A stretch of DNA of 62,662 nucleotides, filler included, from Rhabdomonas costata (Eukaryota), in the NCBI GenBank assembly GCA_019059605.1. It is 40 parts of 40 records of this genome, joined end to end, with 100 filler letters (N's around TTAATTAATTAA, not from the genome) between each part and the next. Parts side by side here need not be neighbours in the genome. Positions count along the whole stretch, not along the records: positions 1 to 1,471 come from JAHMHO010015092.1; positions 1,572 to 3,042 come from JAHMHO010015093.1; positions 3,143 to 4,613 come from JAHMHO010015094.1; positions 4,714 to 6,184 come from JAHMHO010015095.1; positions 6,285 to 7,754 come from JAHMHO010015096.1; positions 7,855 to 9,319 come from JAHMHO010015097.1; positions 9,420 to 10,890 come from JAHMHO010015098.1; positions 10,991 to 12,461 come from JAHMHO010015099.1; 32 more parts are not named here. One strand, given 5' to 3'. This document shows, in pieces, positions 1-12,700 of this stretch. The number at the start of each line of letters is the position of its first letter. The first letter of the stretch is position 1. The position numbers were made by a program, and so were the translations under genes. Below the pieces are notes generated by a model. The model was not told the origin of the DNA. It was given only the letters and a program-made list of their open reading frames with translations, and ran no database searches.

Positions 1-985
1 GACACACCAAGTTCCAATGTGAAGTGCGCTGTTCGGAGCAAGAATCGCGTTGTTCCATTCGTCGGCCAGGCGTACCACCGAGGAAAGGTTCGCGGCCAGT
101 ACTGTGAAGCTTGAAGTGAGGAGGGCCAGCATTGTAGTGGACGACTCCAAGTCAGCCTGTGCAAAAGAAAGCACTTGGACTGTCAAGTCCCGTTATTCGC
201 TTTTGAGAGCAGAAGCAGGCGAGAAGCAAAAAGAACCTTCAGTGCAGCGAGATAGAAGCTGCTTACTAAGGAGGAAGTGGAGGTTGCAGTCTGCTCACAA
301 TAACCGTGGAATAGCGAGAGTGTCAGGGGAAAGGTCAACTGCTGAAAGCTGTCCCTGAGTAGTCCCACCGCGGACGACATGGCTGTATGCTGCGCATTGT
401 CCCCAACAGAAAGTATCTCAGACGCTAGTTGTCTGAACAGTATAGCCTCCTGGAGCAGTGTGGAGTCCAGCTTGTTGGTGTACGCAAACCAAGCTGAAAA
501 AGCACAGATGCACCTATGCAGTGACGCCGCCCTTGAGAAAAAGCCAAAAATAGGTGGCCACAGCACAGCATGACAGAATACCAGAGGCAATCGAGGCACC
601 GGCAACCGCTGAGCAGGCCAGGAGAAAGGTGAGAAGGATGGTGAGCAGCAAGGTCCAGCTGGAGACACCAGGGATCTGTTTGCGTTCTCTTCGCCTCCAG
701 TGACGCAGATACGAGTGGTAGCACCTCCGGAAATATTTTCGGCAAAAACGGGGAACCACCCGCTCGGCTGCAGTGTCCCCCCGAAAAAGAAGGTGGGAAG
801 GAAGGTGTCATGGTTAAGATTTTCTTTCAATACTTTTGTTTTGCTTTTGTTGCTTGCTTCTTGTACAGGTTCATTTTCAATGAAGAATTTTTTGTGCTTC
901 GGGGCCTGGACTGTTGAGGATCAAGAATAAAGTACTGGTTCAAAACCTCCCTCAAGAACAAAGGCACACAGCACCAAAAACATAC

Positions 986-1328
986 TCTTTCGATCAGCGA
1001 GAATGAGTTGCCCAGGCAAGCTCTGGCACAATTTTTTGAGAAGAGTCACACAATGAGGAAACGTCAGGTAAAGCACCGCTCCATCCGCTGATGGGGGCCC
1101 AAACAAAACCGTTAGGGCCTCCCACAACTCGGCGTCAGAAATTCCCAGACCAACTGCAGCGAAAAGGACCGGGAGGTCAGTGGACGCTACGTAACCGTCA
1201 ACATTAAGGTCGCGAAAGGCACTCGCTAAATCCGGAAACTCTTGCTGGAGCTCCAGGGCGTGTCTCTCCTCATCGTTCTGGGGACTACTTGGTGCTTCGG
1301 CTAAGACATTGTCAAACCGAGGTTCCAT
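986..1328 (-). CDS. First exon of a degenerate EF-hand-like protein
   Basis: MEPRFDN...LASAFRDLNVDGYVASTDLPVLFAAVGLGISDAELWEAL...YLTFPHCVTLL resembles a calmodulin-like helix-loop-helix pair. GTATG donor at 985, pyrimidine tract plus AG 6 nt before the ATG. Confidence 0.45.
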
Positions 1329-1471
1329 TCAAAGCTGGAACAGAAGCCTAGAGGGGAAGAATGCCGTCCCAAAAAAAAACGCAGTGCAAAGTTGCAAGTC
1401 AATGCAAAAACACCTGGGTCTTCTTTCACAACAGCACACAATGAACAGTCTGTCAAAATTCAAAAACAACC

Positions 1472-1571
1472 NNNNNNNNNNNNNNNNNNNNNNNNNNNNN
1501 NNNNNNNNNNNNNNNTTAATTAATTAANNNNNNNNNNNNNNNNNNNNNNNNNNNNNNNNNNNNNNNNNNNN
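1472..1571. other. Artificial contig linker N44-TTAATTAATTAA-N44 (first of 39, recurring about every 1.57 kb up to 61094-61193)
   Basis: Identical 100-bp block with stops in all six frames separates 40 contigs of near-identical length. Confidence 0.99.
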
Positions 1572-3350
1572 TGATGCCAACAAAGCATGTGTGTGTTCCT
1601 AATAAAAATATGTTTGTTTTCATTGTAGGTCTAAGTAACTAATCAACTCATCAGCTTGGTGATTACATCCGGAAGGACGATTTTTCCAAAGAACCTGCCT
1701 AAACGTTAAAAGCGTTCCCGTGCATGTTTGTCCACACAAACACAACGCCCAACCTTCGGGGACATTGTGCTTCTTAGCAGGACTTGAACTGGCGCGATTG
1801 CCCATGTGTGAGTGAAAAACAAGAACAAATCAAACAGCGAAGATATCAGAACCCTGACAAAAACGGATGATCGCACAATGCAAAGGCTGGGGGGGGGGGC
1901 AAGGACACGACCAATCCGGGCCAACTGTCGAGCAGACAAAAACTCTTTCACACACATCTCCCTTTCGTTTTCTCCCAGCTCTCTCCTCCCATTTCCTCAT
2001 CCCAGCAGCCTGTGTATGTTGCTTCAGGAGAGTCGGTGGAAAACCCGTCCCAAATTTCCACATTTCTTGTCCATGCCAAGACAACATACAAGGACAATAA
2101 GGTACAGTTCAGGGCAAAACAGCAACCAAGCTTCCTCCAGCAATGCCACAGAGCCACAGGGGTCACAGGGGTCACAGGGGTCACAGCCCCTGACAGGGCC
2201 GCCGCAACGCAGCCCCACCACCCTGCAGGTCCTCGCAGCTCCGGAGGCAGCAGTTGGGCCTTCCCAAGACCAGCCTGGCAAGATGTGGCGCAGAATACAC
2301 ATAAAAACATTGGTGTGAGGGTGGCAAAAGTTCTGTTCTCATACATACACAGGCAGAGCGAAGGGGCAGGGAACCGCTCCTGTCAATGGAGTTCATCAAG
2401 CAGGAGGGCAAAAGAGAAAACGATGCAATGCAGGAAGAAAAAAAGGCTCACAATTCGGCTAGCAATCAACAATTGTGTGTTATATTTGAAATTAATTTCA
2501 TTCCGAAAGAAAACGAGGACTGGGTGTCTTCGTGGTGCAATTGGGAATGGGAACGTTTCGCAACGGGCCCAACTGCACATCCTACGGCCATGTGTCAAAG
2601 TCCCAACCTCTTGCCCAAAACCCTTGGGGGGCGAATTGGCCCGGCTTTGGCAGCCAAAGCAGCGAAGCCCACCTGAACACGAGCCACTTGACACACGCAT
2701 AACATGGCATACCGCTTGCAGCGGGTGGCTTTGCTTGAAGACGGACGGCAGGTACTCTGAACACAACCCAGGGCAACCACACCATATGAGTGAATTATAG
2801 TTTCAGAAAAACGCAAAAGTGAGATTTACCTCGTCTTAAATGTCATCAGAAAACGCACCGAAGAATTGAAATAGCATTGAAGGTAACGTACAATTCCGAG
2901 GGGGACCTTCCCGGAACCAGCCTATTGGAGCACACAAAAATACACATACTCACTCACTTTGGTGTTTCTTCTCTTTTCTGCCTCCATTGGGCTTTCGAAT
3001 ATTCCGCTGCCTGGCCACTCCTCGGCGGGGGGGGGGGGGACANNNNNNNNNNNNNNNNNNNNNNNNNNNNNNNNNNNNNNNNNNNNTTAATTAATTAANN
3101 NNNNNNNNNNNNNNNNNNNNNNNNNNNNNNNNNNNNNNNNNNGTGGGGGGGTGTTTTTGCTGTAAAAATGGCGTTTGTAGTGCTTGATAAGTGCTTGGGA
3201 ACGTGAATGGCTGTGTCGGCTTGACGAGCGTGGTGGAGCATGTGAAATTGGAGTGAAGGGGTGAAAAAACGCACTTGTGAAGTAGGAGAGGTCTAGGTAG
3301 GACGTCCTCTCTCTGTGCTGTTTGTGTGGGGCTTGTACACTCTTACGAGC

Positions 3351-3648
3351 GTCGGAAGTGTCGTTCCTGACAACGTTTCCTTGGCTATGGAGCTAACTGG
3401 GGTTTCGTGAGAAACCACTGTTAGCGGTTACCCATGTCCCACGCCCCCCTTCCCTCTCGGCGCACAGTCCCACTTTCATTCTCGTGCTTTGTGGTGCACC
3501 GTACTCCGCATCTGTGCTCTTACTGCACTTACATATATGTTTTTTTTGGCAACCTACCGAACGGTTAGCACTGCTGCCCAAGAGTCGGAAGTGTCGTTCC
3601 TGACAACGTTTCCTTGGCTATGGAGCTAACTGGGGTTTCGTGAGAAAC
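3351..3648 (+). repeat. 65-bp exact direct repeat (3351-3415 and 3584-3648)
   Basis: GTCGGAAGTGTCGTTCC...TCGTGAGAAAC occurs twice, 168 bp apart. Confidence 0.95.
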
Positions 3649-4737
3649 TGCAGGTTTCAAATATAAATTCAGTTAGCGCAGGGAGTGCATCTGAAAGCTA
3701 AGAAACGGAAACTTAGTGCAGTGGGGTCACGAGAGCCTTACGTCTTTGGTGGTCTTTGGGAGTCCCTCAGTTTCTGCCGGGAGGGTGTCCACAAAAATAT
3801 AAATGAATGCTCGGATTTGTGTGCAGTGAGATAGTGTGAAATGGGTTTGTGTGTTGACTGGAGTTGTGCAGTTGGCATCGGAAACAGCCGTTTCCTTCCC
3901 TTCACAAGTGTGCCAAACATCGCTCATCACTGTTGTCCACAGGGGAGGAAAGAGGGCAGGGAAACGCGGAAACGCGGTACAAGGTGGTGGGCTGACGGAG
4001 GGACGTGTGGGACCCGGGTCGGGTGAAAGGGTCGGCGAGTGTGCCGTGGGAAGACCAGAGAAATTACAACGCCCTGCTCTGAAAGAGAGAACAGGAGGGC
4101 AGACGCGGAAGCGTTGTGACGCAAGCGAAGCAAGGGGTGGGGTGGGAAGACACAAGGAAGATCAAAGTGGTTCCAGAGATCAGAGGGTACCACTGCGGTT
4201 CCGGAGAGTCCCACACCGCTTTTTAGACTTGCGGGCGTCGGAGAGCGTGCCAGTCGATGTGCTCAGAGAGATGGGGGGCTGCAAGGCGGCGAAGGAGTTA
4301 GACGGGGTGGGATTGAACTGTTGGTGACCTCGCAAGGACTCGCGCAGAAAGACGAGCCATTGGGAAATGAATGGGGAGGCGGTTCGCCAGACGGGGGCCC
4401 GGTGGGTTTTCGCCTGCAGCAAACGGAGTCCAGCAGCGGTGAAGTCAGCAGACCGCAGGCGACGCGCTGCAGAAACGCGTAAAAAAAGAAAGACGAAGGA
4501 GATAAGAAGGAGCGCTTACGGCATGGAGAGCGAATGAAGCGATTGAAAGGTGGGTGAAGTCTGTGAGGAATGTGAGCGGAACAGGTTTCGGGCATAGGTA
4601 AGACCACCAACCCNNNNNNNNNNNNNNNNNNNNNNNNNNNNNNNNNNNNNNNNNNNNTTAATTAATTAANNNNNNNNNNNNNNNNNNNNNNNNNNNNNNN
4701 NNNNNNNNNNNNNTTTGTGGGGTTGACTGGGCTGTAC

Positions 4738-5746
4738 CTCTGGAAGGATGCGATCGGAGGGGGGTTGCTGATCGGGTTGTTGCTGCTGTAGTCCACGTCG
4801 CTGAAAAAAAGTGGGAAGCAAGGAAAATACTGAAACCGATGGCGGTCCATCTTCCTTAGAAAACATAATAATCCACCTCTTTTTGGAAGGCAGTCTTCTG
4901 GCGGTTTTTCATTTACTCACAGCGCCCTTGTGCCGGCCTGAAGATACGCCGTGGAATCGGTTTTAAGCTCTAAGAGGGGCGGAGCCCGAAGAATCGAGAA
5001 AAGCTCATCCCCAAGAAGAGGAGTTAAGGAGCTCGAACTCGCAAGCAGTCACCGAGAAAATAATGATGCGACAATCAGCGGGGAACACACACGAGCATCG
5101 AAGATCATGGATTCAATTGACACTGACAGAGAACTCACGGAGGAATTGGACGAGGCAAACCGCAGACCCACAGCAAACGGTGAAAGGTGGAAGACGGAAG
5201 CCGAAGGGAGCCATGCTGAAAAAGAACGCCATGACTGAAGGTCAAGCTCTCTCTTTCGCTGAGCAAACGCGGGAACCTATGCGAGAAGACTTTCCCATGG
5301 CTCGTCCCGATCAGCGACCCAGGTGGCGCGCTGAAGAACACAAACAGCCGCTGCTTCGGCCCGTCCAGAAGGCTCCGCAGCAAAGCGCTGACGGTGAACA
5401 CGCTGGTGTGCAGCTTGAGCCGGTACGCCGCCAGGTTGTCCTTGGTGGGCACGGCGTAGTCCAGGAGGATCTCCGCCAGGCCCAGGTGGTTGAAGAACTG
5501 CACGCAGTGTATGTATATTGGGCAGTGGGAATATCGGTACCAAACGGAGCATCGCAGTAGAGGTATACTCCGGATATACTCCAAGATATAGAATTGTAAG
5601 CTGCAAGAAAGTAGAGACCACACCATGTCCTTTTATTGCTCCCCAATTTTCCGCCATCGTTGGCGGAGTCTTCGTGCTGTCCTAAAATTTAACTTCTTTT
5701 CTTCTTGCACCTTTGCTATTGCATTTTCCATTCTGCAGTTCCAGAG
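4738..5746 (-). CDS. Hypothetical protein, three internal exons (5746-5711, 5497-5319, 4800-4738)
   Basis: Phase-compatible GT-AG introns join LWNCRMENAIAK / FFNHLGLAEILLDYAVP...SAPPG / DVDYSSNNPISNPPPIASFQR. Strong GC3 bias. Confidence 0.6.
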
Positions 5747-6376
5747 CTGTGTAGGAAGTAGTGTTGCATCGCTTTGCTTCCGGAAAAAACGACCAGGGGA
5801 GCTGATCGAGCCCGTTTCGCCTGAAACCCCTTCAAAAACCCATTCAAAAACATTCGGTGCAGGCGGTGTACGCAGCGGGCTTCGAAACCACATCATGCAC
5901 GCCGTCTACTCAGCGGAAGCGGAAGTTTGATGTGAGCGTAACAGTTGCACTAAATCAGTGAACCCCGAATCCAGAAAAAAATGCACAGATTCGAACTTCG
6001 TTCAAGCTTCTGAAGTTTGTTCCTGCAGTAAAGCCTCTGAAAACGTGCATTCACGCTGTATCCGCACCCAATAAGGCATATGAACCTTTTCAAAGCAGTA
6101 GGAAGTGAAAAGGCGTTTTACAAAAATTATGGCTGGCTCGTAAACAAACGTGGCCACCAACTCAGCAATGCAGACCACCCCACANNNNNNNNNNNNNNNN
6201 NNNNNNNNNNNNNNNNNNNNNNNNNNNNTTAATTAATTAANNNNNNNNNNNNNNNNNNNNNNNNNNNNNNNNNNNNNNNNNNNNTGTTTGTGCCGCTGTT
6301 TCGATGTTTTGGGGGCAAGCCTGTCCTTTCCAGCCCCTCTGGCAACGTTGTGGGCCCGCGTAGCCCCAAGCTTCAG

Positions 6377-7217
6377 GCCGAGAATGGCAGTTGGCTGGCG
6401 CAGGCCGGCGCGGCGATGGCGTGCTTCTCGATGAGTGGATGGGGCCACGAGCTGCTGATTGCTTTTCTGACAGGCGAGGTGACAGTAGAGTGGGGAGCAT
6501 TCTTTCTGGTGCACGGCGTGCTGACGACGGCGGAGCAGCTGGTACCCCCCTCCCCATCTGTCACCTGAGATTTGAGTTCTCTGCCCTGCTCGCTGAAAAA
6601 TTGCTTTTGTGATATACATACTGCAAACCCAAAAAATGTGCACTCATTGTCCACCTGTATGTGCAAAAAGAACCGTTTGCGTATCTGTCAAACAGCAGTG
6701 ATGGTTTCCCCTCTCCCATCGAGGTGCACGTCCCATCCTAGTGGGAATGCGGGTGAAACTGGTGGGGGGTGCCTTCAGCACGTTTCTGGGTGCCTGAATC
6801 TGTGGAGAGGAATTCCTCAGTATAACCCTTTCCCGAATTTGTGTTGACCCTCTCCGAATGGAAGCCTGACGGAAACGGGGCCGGGTGACCGGGTCACCCG
6901 GGGCCGCGGCTTATGCCCATTTAGCGCCAATATTATACCAGTCTACTCCTAAATTCATTGCAGATGACGTCAAATCTTTGAACGCCTCTGCATACGAGCG
7001 ATTCCCTTGCCCTCTTGCATTTCGGCCAACGCAGATTCGACGGCACCTGCCGTTCTCGGTTCCTCCCGTGGTTGGCTGGGCCCTCACTGTTGCGGTGATG
7101 CTGGTGACTGGGGAGTGGCTTTTCTTGCCGCCGCTTCGGCGCTGTGGGCTATTCTCGGGAGTGACAGAGCACTATCAAGGCCTGTATTACGGGTTTCTGG
7201 CTGCTGTGGGACTTTGA
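6377..7217 (+). CDS. MBOAT-family wax ester synthase / long-chain alcohol O-acyltransferase, last two exons (6377-6541, 7035-7217)
   Basis: FSMSGWGHELL...EWGAFFLVHGVLTTAE (catalytic His motif) and ALTVAVMLVTGEWLFLPPL match the plant-type wax synthase C-terminus. Phase-0 GT-AG intron 6542-7034. Confidence 0.85.
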
Positions 7218-7863
7218 TTTTGCTTGGGTCAGTTGATTTGGTGGTTTTTTACCCTCTCATACCCCATGTACATCCCGCCCGCCGTTCATAAGATTGTTGC
7301 ACGGCTCTTTTTTTTTGAAATAATTCTTGCTCCCCCCGTTCTCCGAAATTCCACTTCGCAGAGCGATTGTATCTGCTTCTTTTTGTGATTAGGCATGCAA
7401 TGGCACGGTGTTTTAGGCTTAATTTGCCAGTAGCTTGTGGATTGTCATGTGTAAGTTTTCCGCGAAGGTGATGTGTTAAGGTGCTGTCAGTGTTAACAAC
7501 AGCGGGATAATATCTTCTTTTAGTGAAGCCGCGGTCTCAGCTATGTGGGATTTCTGCGAAGCCGTGTTGCCCGGAGGTAGACATGCTTCTCCCCCAGGAA
7601 TTTATTCGTGAGCATGTGCTTCGTTTTCCGGTTGCGTGCGCCATTTGTGTTACCGGCCTTCAGTGGTGACTTGATTCGTCAATGTACACGCAAACCTTTT
7701 CTGCCCTCGACCATCGAACAGCCCTTTTTTAAAGACTCCCTCCCCCCAAAAAACNNNNNNNNNNNNNNNNNNNNNNNNNNNNNNNNNNNNNNNNNNNNTT
7801 AATTAATTAANNNNNNNNNNNNNNNNNNNNNNNNNNNNNNNNNNNNNNNNNNNNGTTTTGGGG

Positions 7864-8173
7864 TCAAGTCCGATCCTTAAGTTGAATTCCCGGAATTACA
7901 GCAAAATACTTCTCTCTTCCCAGCATGCCGATAATAATGAGTGCATGCAGATAACGAGTGATCATTTCAACCCTGTTGCAACATATTTCCGCCAAATTGT
8001 GAGGTGTCATGAGACTCATGGAAAGCGAGCTTTCGAAAAAAAGAAAAAAGCGCCTTGCAAATCGCCTTGAAATGATCACTCGTTATCTGCATGCACTCAT
8101 TATTATCGGCATGCTGGGAAGAGAGAAGTATTTTGCTGTAATTCCGGGAATTCAACTTAAGGATCGGACTTGA
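7864..8173. repeat. 107-bp perfect inverted repeat (7864-7970 / 8067-8173), probable amplification fold-back
   Basis: Arms are exact reverse complements and begin at the contig edge. Confidence 0.9.
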
Positions 8174-8576
8174 TCCCCAAATCCAAAATTAGCATCTCAT
8201 GTTGGAAAAACTTCTTCCTCCGTTTATCCTGAGAGGGACGAACGCGGTACAAGGCTTTTTTATACGCCAAACACTTCCCTTCTCACCACATCCACCTTTC
8301 TTTTTTTGTAACTTTTGTTTTCTGCCGCAATGGAACGTTTGGCTTTGTGCCGCTTTGGACGCTGGACAATTCCTGACTTTAGCGTCTTTTAATGGGCTGT
8401 TTTTGGTCAGGCTTATTGCTCACAGGTTGGGTTTTTTGTAGGCGCAGTGCCTGAAATGGGAATTGACCAAATTCATGACCTGCTGTGATTGTAGGGATTA
8501 CGTTGTGCCGACCATACCTGCGCATATTCTGACGGCTTCTCGTTTTTCTCCACCACCGTGAACGTTTCTTGGACAG

Positions 8577-9169
8577 ATCAATGCTCGAAACATTGGCGCC
8601 GGGGCTTGGCTGATGGAGTCGCTGGAGGCGGTCCCGGCGCGGCGGATGTGCACTCGGGTGGAACTTGTCCGTCGGGTGGTAGTGCGCGCCGAAATGGAAA
8701 ACCCGCTGAGGCAGTTTAATAGCCCCTCTTCACTGCACCAGGTAGCGGGGGGGGGGGGGAGCGACTTTTTCACCCGAAGAGGATTTGGGCAACCATTGCT
8801 GTCTGTGCGAACACCCCACTGTAGAAATATGACTTAAAACTGTTCCTGCTGATGCCATTTGAAAATCTATTTCATAAAACAAGATATCAGAAATTCGGTT
8901 GTGCAGTCCACTGAGGGCGGGTGCACTATATGTGGTACTTTGCGCATCGCAAGGTTGGCCGTCATAATGGTGGAATTTCAGTACGAACGTGGATTTCTGT
9001 CCCCATGCATTGGATTGCATACCCTTTCATGGGGAATTTTGGTCCCAACGAAGCATGTGAATTCCGCTCCCTTTTATCAGATTGACGCGGGACAATTGAC
9101 CGAAGTCGGTGAGCTGAAGCTGATGTCTGTCCTGTTCGTGAACCTGGAGTTGCCCCTCACCGTGAAGAA
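8577..9169 (+). CDS. Soluble (ADCY10-like) adenylate cyclase fragment, exons 8577-8741 and 9081-~9169
   Basis: Spliced LRQFNSPSSLHQ/IDAGQLTEVGELKLMSVLFVNL matches the entry to the second catalytic domain of sAC-type cyclases (..ELR.VTVLFVNL). Phase-0 GT-AG intron. Confidence 0.65.
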
Positions 9170-12039
9170 GTGTTGTGGAGGGGTATGCACAACATTTCCT
9201 CTCTCTGGCACTTGCGCACCATGTCACGAAGTGAGGAGTAATGATCTGCCTTCATCCTTTTACCTTTTCAATGAACGTCGTTTTGCAGGACCATACTCAA
9301 ACGTGAACAACCAAACCCCNNNNNNNNNNNNNNNNNNNNNNNNNNNNNNNNNNNNNNNNNNNNTTAATTAATTAANNNNNNNNNNNNNNNNNNNNNNNNN
9401 NNNNNNNNNNNNNNNNNNNCATGACTCATAGCGGAGGTCGCAGAGACCGACCATCACGGTATGAGTGAGTGGAGTGGTGAGTTGAGGGGTGATGTTGGAT
9501 GTTGGAGTGAGTGAGAGTGAGGGATGCTGCATAGTGCTGCATGATGCGTAAGGGCCATCAGCACATCCACCCTACCACTGCTGCCAACATGCCCCTACCC
9601 CAACCCTACCAATACACCTGAGACATACACCCACCACAGAAGGGCTGATGTTAGCGTGAGAGGGATGTTGGCTGACGTAACCCACCAGATGTATGAGTGA
9701 GGTGATGCTGAAGCTACGAACCCAATCTCAGGTACCACTCAAAATGGAGGCCACCGAGGCCGACATGTAAGAAGAAAAGATGTCGTCACTCGCTACGCTC
9801 CTTCCTCCACGACCTACTACGGCACGCCTTCGTTCGAAACCTAAACTGAGGGAGAGATCCAAAGAGGAGGCCGCCGAGGCCGACCATGATGTTGATGATG
9901 AGGGAGCGAAGAATGAGCGACCGAGTGGTGATGTAAGACTGATACCCCTTCAGTTTACCAGGCTCGCATGCTACGCATTCTCGCTCGCAATCTCACTCTC
10001 GCTAGCGCGAAGATAGCCTTAAACGCCGTCACTCCTCGCGTCTCCGAGTTTTTCGTTTTTATTTTACCTGTGAGGAAACACACCAAAAGCATCACACCAC
10101 ATGGTGAAAAGAACTGCGCGTATGTACAGTTTTGACTGGGGGTCCCCCACCCAATTCGGAGTACTCCTGAGCGAAAGACCAGGGGCAAACCTCGACAGTG
10201 ATCTGGTCGATCTTGTTCATCACGTAAATCGCGGGCATATACAGCTGGGAACGAAAAAAGGAGAACGGCGGTGCAAATGCAATTGGTAAGTGAAACTCAC
10301 CCGTCCACCCCCACTCCCCGAAAGACCCTTCACACCCGCTCCGAATCCCAGGGGAACTTGGCAATAGGGCGCTTTGGCTCAGCCCGTGTATTGTCGTTGC
10401 CGCGCTGGTCTATGCAAAAACTATGCTTGACGTTCTCCGGTTAAACATGAGCCTGGATGTTTCCCCATGCGTCATCTTTTCATTTTTATTTTTCGGTTCT
10501 TTTTTTCACAAACGCAACATCCTAACCCTGCCCCGCCACTCTTCCACAGATCATCCTGGTCCAGAGTTCCCGCCGCCCTCACAGTGCGCCAGGGCAAACA
10601 TGCTTTTCCTCAAAACGAATTGTTCGATGCCGAACAGCCATAATCCCCCATCGAGCGTGAGCGTCCAGGCCGAGACCGGGCGTGATGGAGATGTCCTCGG
10701 CAGTCGGTTCCACCGTGTAGTGCGGCAGGAAGACGTCTGCCGGGCGCTACCTCCCCAATGGCGACGTCAGTGGGGTCAGTGGGCTGAGTCCGCTCGACTG
10801 GCAGAAGCGAGAGAGCTGCCCCACAACCGTCTCATGCCTGGGTCAGCTTATGCACCCCCCTCCCCTGCCCCTTATACCCGGTTGCCCTCGNNNNNNNNNN
10901 NNNNNNNNNNNNNNNNNNNNNNNNNNNNNNNNNNTTAATTAATTAANNNNNNNNNNNNNNNNNNNNNNNNNNNNNNNNNNNNNNNNNNNNGGGGGTGGGG
11001 TGACGAACCACGCATTTAGGAGGGAAGGAGATGCGCTAGCATCGTCTGACCGACATCAACCCTTCTTCACTGGTCGGCATGCCCCTCGGTCCCTCGGATC
11101 ATGCCTCCATTCCTCCCTCCTCACTCCCCACCACTGACGGGTGGTACGTTCGGGCTCTTGCATCAACCCCACGTGTCACTACGCATGCTCCGTCCCTCGC
11201 ATGCTCCGTCCGGGCGTAGCCACAGCGAATACCTCACTCAAGGGTTCAGGTTACGTTCTCACCCAAAGGATGATGCAAGGGTATCACGAAGGCATGGCCG
11301 GTACGGACATGCCGGAGTAGGAGGTAAGAAGAAGGAGCCATGCGTAGTAGGTGGATTGGATGAGACGTAGCGTAGCGGAGTAGGATACAAGCAAAGGCAT
11401 CGCAGATAGAATACACCCCTCACTCTAGAATACCAACCCTCTCTCATACGTCTCACCTTACACCCCTTACATCAGCCCTTTACACATCCTTCACACCCCT
11501 CCCCACAACACACCCTAAGACACAGCAACACACACAAGCACTAACAAAGCAGCAGGAACAGAGAGCATGGCTGAGAGTGAGCATGGTTGACGGAGAGCAT
11601 GGTTGATGGAGACACGAACACATCCTGAGACACAGAAGGCATAGAGGCAGCAGAGGCAACATCACCAGCACACAAGGTCAAGGGCACAAGGAAGCAAAAG
11701 TCACACATCTGCAGAGGTCGAACCACACACCAAGCATCACCAGTAGTAGCACACCCAACGTCCAAAGCACCAACATTGCCGACACACACAACAGGAACAC
11801 GAACAGCATGGGAACGCATAGCATCAGCGTGACATGGGTAAGAAGAGGAGCCAGAACCGGAGACAGAAGCCGAGACACCAACAGCAGACACAGCGAACGA
11901 CACAGAAGCATGCATAGGATCGGAGTGAGATTGGGTAAGAGGAGACAGAGCCAGAAGGACACACAGAGCCACCAATACCGCTAGAGACGGAGACAGGAAC
12001 AGCACTGACACAACGCGAACACCACCAGGAACCACACAA

Positions 12040-12385
12040 CCAACAGGAATGCCAACACCACCAACAACGCCAACACAACCAGAGTCAAGAACACCAACAG
12101 CACCAACACCAGCACCAACCAACACACAACCAGAGTCAAGAACACCAACAGAGCCAACCATGCAACCAACGCTACGACCAACGCTACCACAACCAACGCT
12201 ACCACAACCCACCATACCGCTACAACCAACGCTACCACAACCCACCATACCGCTACAACCAACGCTACGACCAACACACCCTATGCTACCAACACACCCT
12301 AACCCTACAGCACCAACAACACCAACGCTACAGACTGCGCTACAACCCTAACCCATACCCTTACCATTACCCTTACCATAACACT
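12040..12385 (+). repeat. A/C-rich minisatellite-like low-complexity tract with degenerate CCCTAA-like motifs
   Basis: Repeated CAACCAACGCTAC and CAACCCACCATACCGCTA units, duplicated ACACAACCAGAGTCAAGAACACCAACAG, and CCCTAACCC at about 12297 and 12346. Confidence 0.85.
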
Positions 12386-12700
12386 ACGTAGAAGAAGAAG
12401 AAGAACATACGCGCGAGGAACCCATAGCACCACAATGCACACCAACTACAGCAACAACCCCNNNNNNNNNNNNNNNNNNNNNNNNNNNNNNNNNNNNNNN
12501 NNNNNTTAATTAATTAANNNNNNNNNNNNNNNNNNNNNNNNNNNNNNNNNNNNNNNNNNNNGTGTGGCAGCAAAATGCCCAGTACTGAGGGAGAGAAAAT
12601 GACGAGCAGAGGAGCGAGCAGAAGTAACTACCTCATCACATCTTCTCCACTTCCACTGCCTCTGGTTCTGATAATCAAGAGGCTGAGGCGGCGAAGGTAC

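Noticed and set aside
1516-1527. Regularly spaced TTAATTAATTAA as a biological repeat or array
   Set aside because: It is flanked by exactly 44 Ns on each side every time, so it is a six-frame-stop concatenation linker. ORFs ending in X-runs or LIN are artefacts.
1600-1660. Hammerhead ribozyme (CTGATGAG...GAAA on the minus strand)
   Set aside because: Stems I and III and a valid NUH cleavage triplet could not be formed.
7864-8173. MITE with 107-bp TIRs
   Set aside because: The arms are perfectly identical, start at the contig edge and have no visible TSD. An amplification fold-back is more likely.
11541-12277. Long Val/Gly/Cys-rich minus-strand ORFs
   Set aside because: They are open only because the T-poor plus strand yields few stops on the minus strand. 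No domain features.
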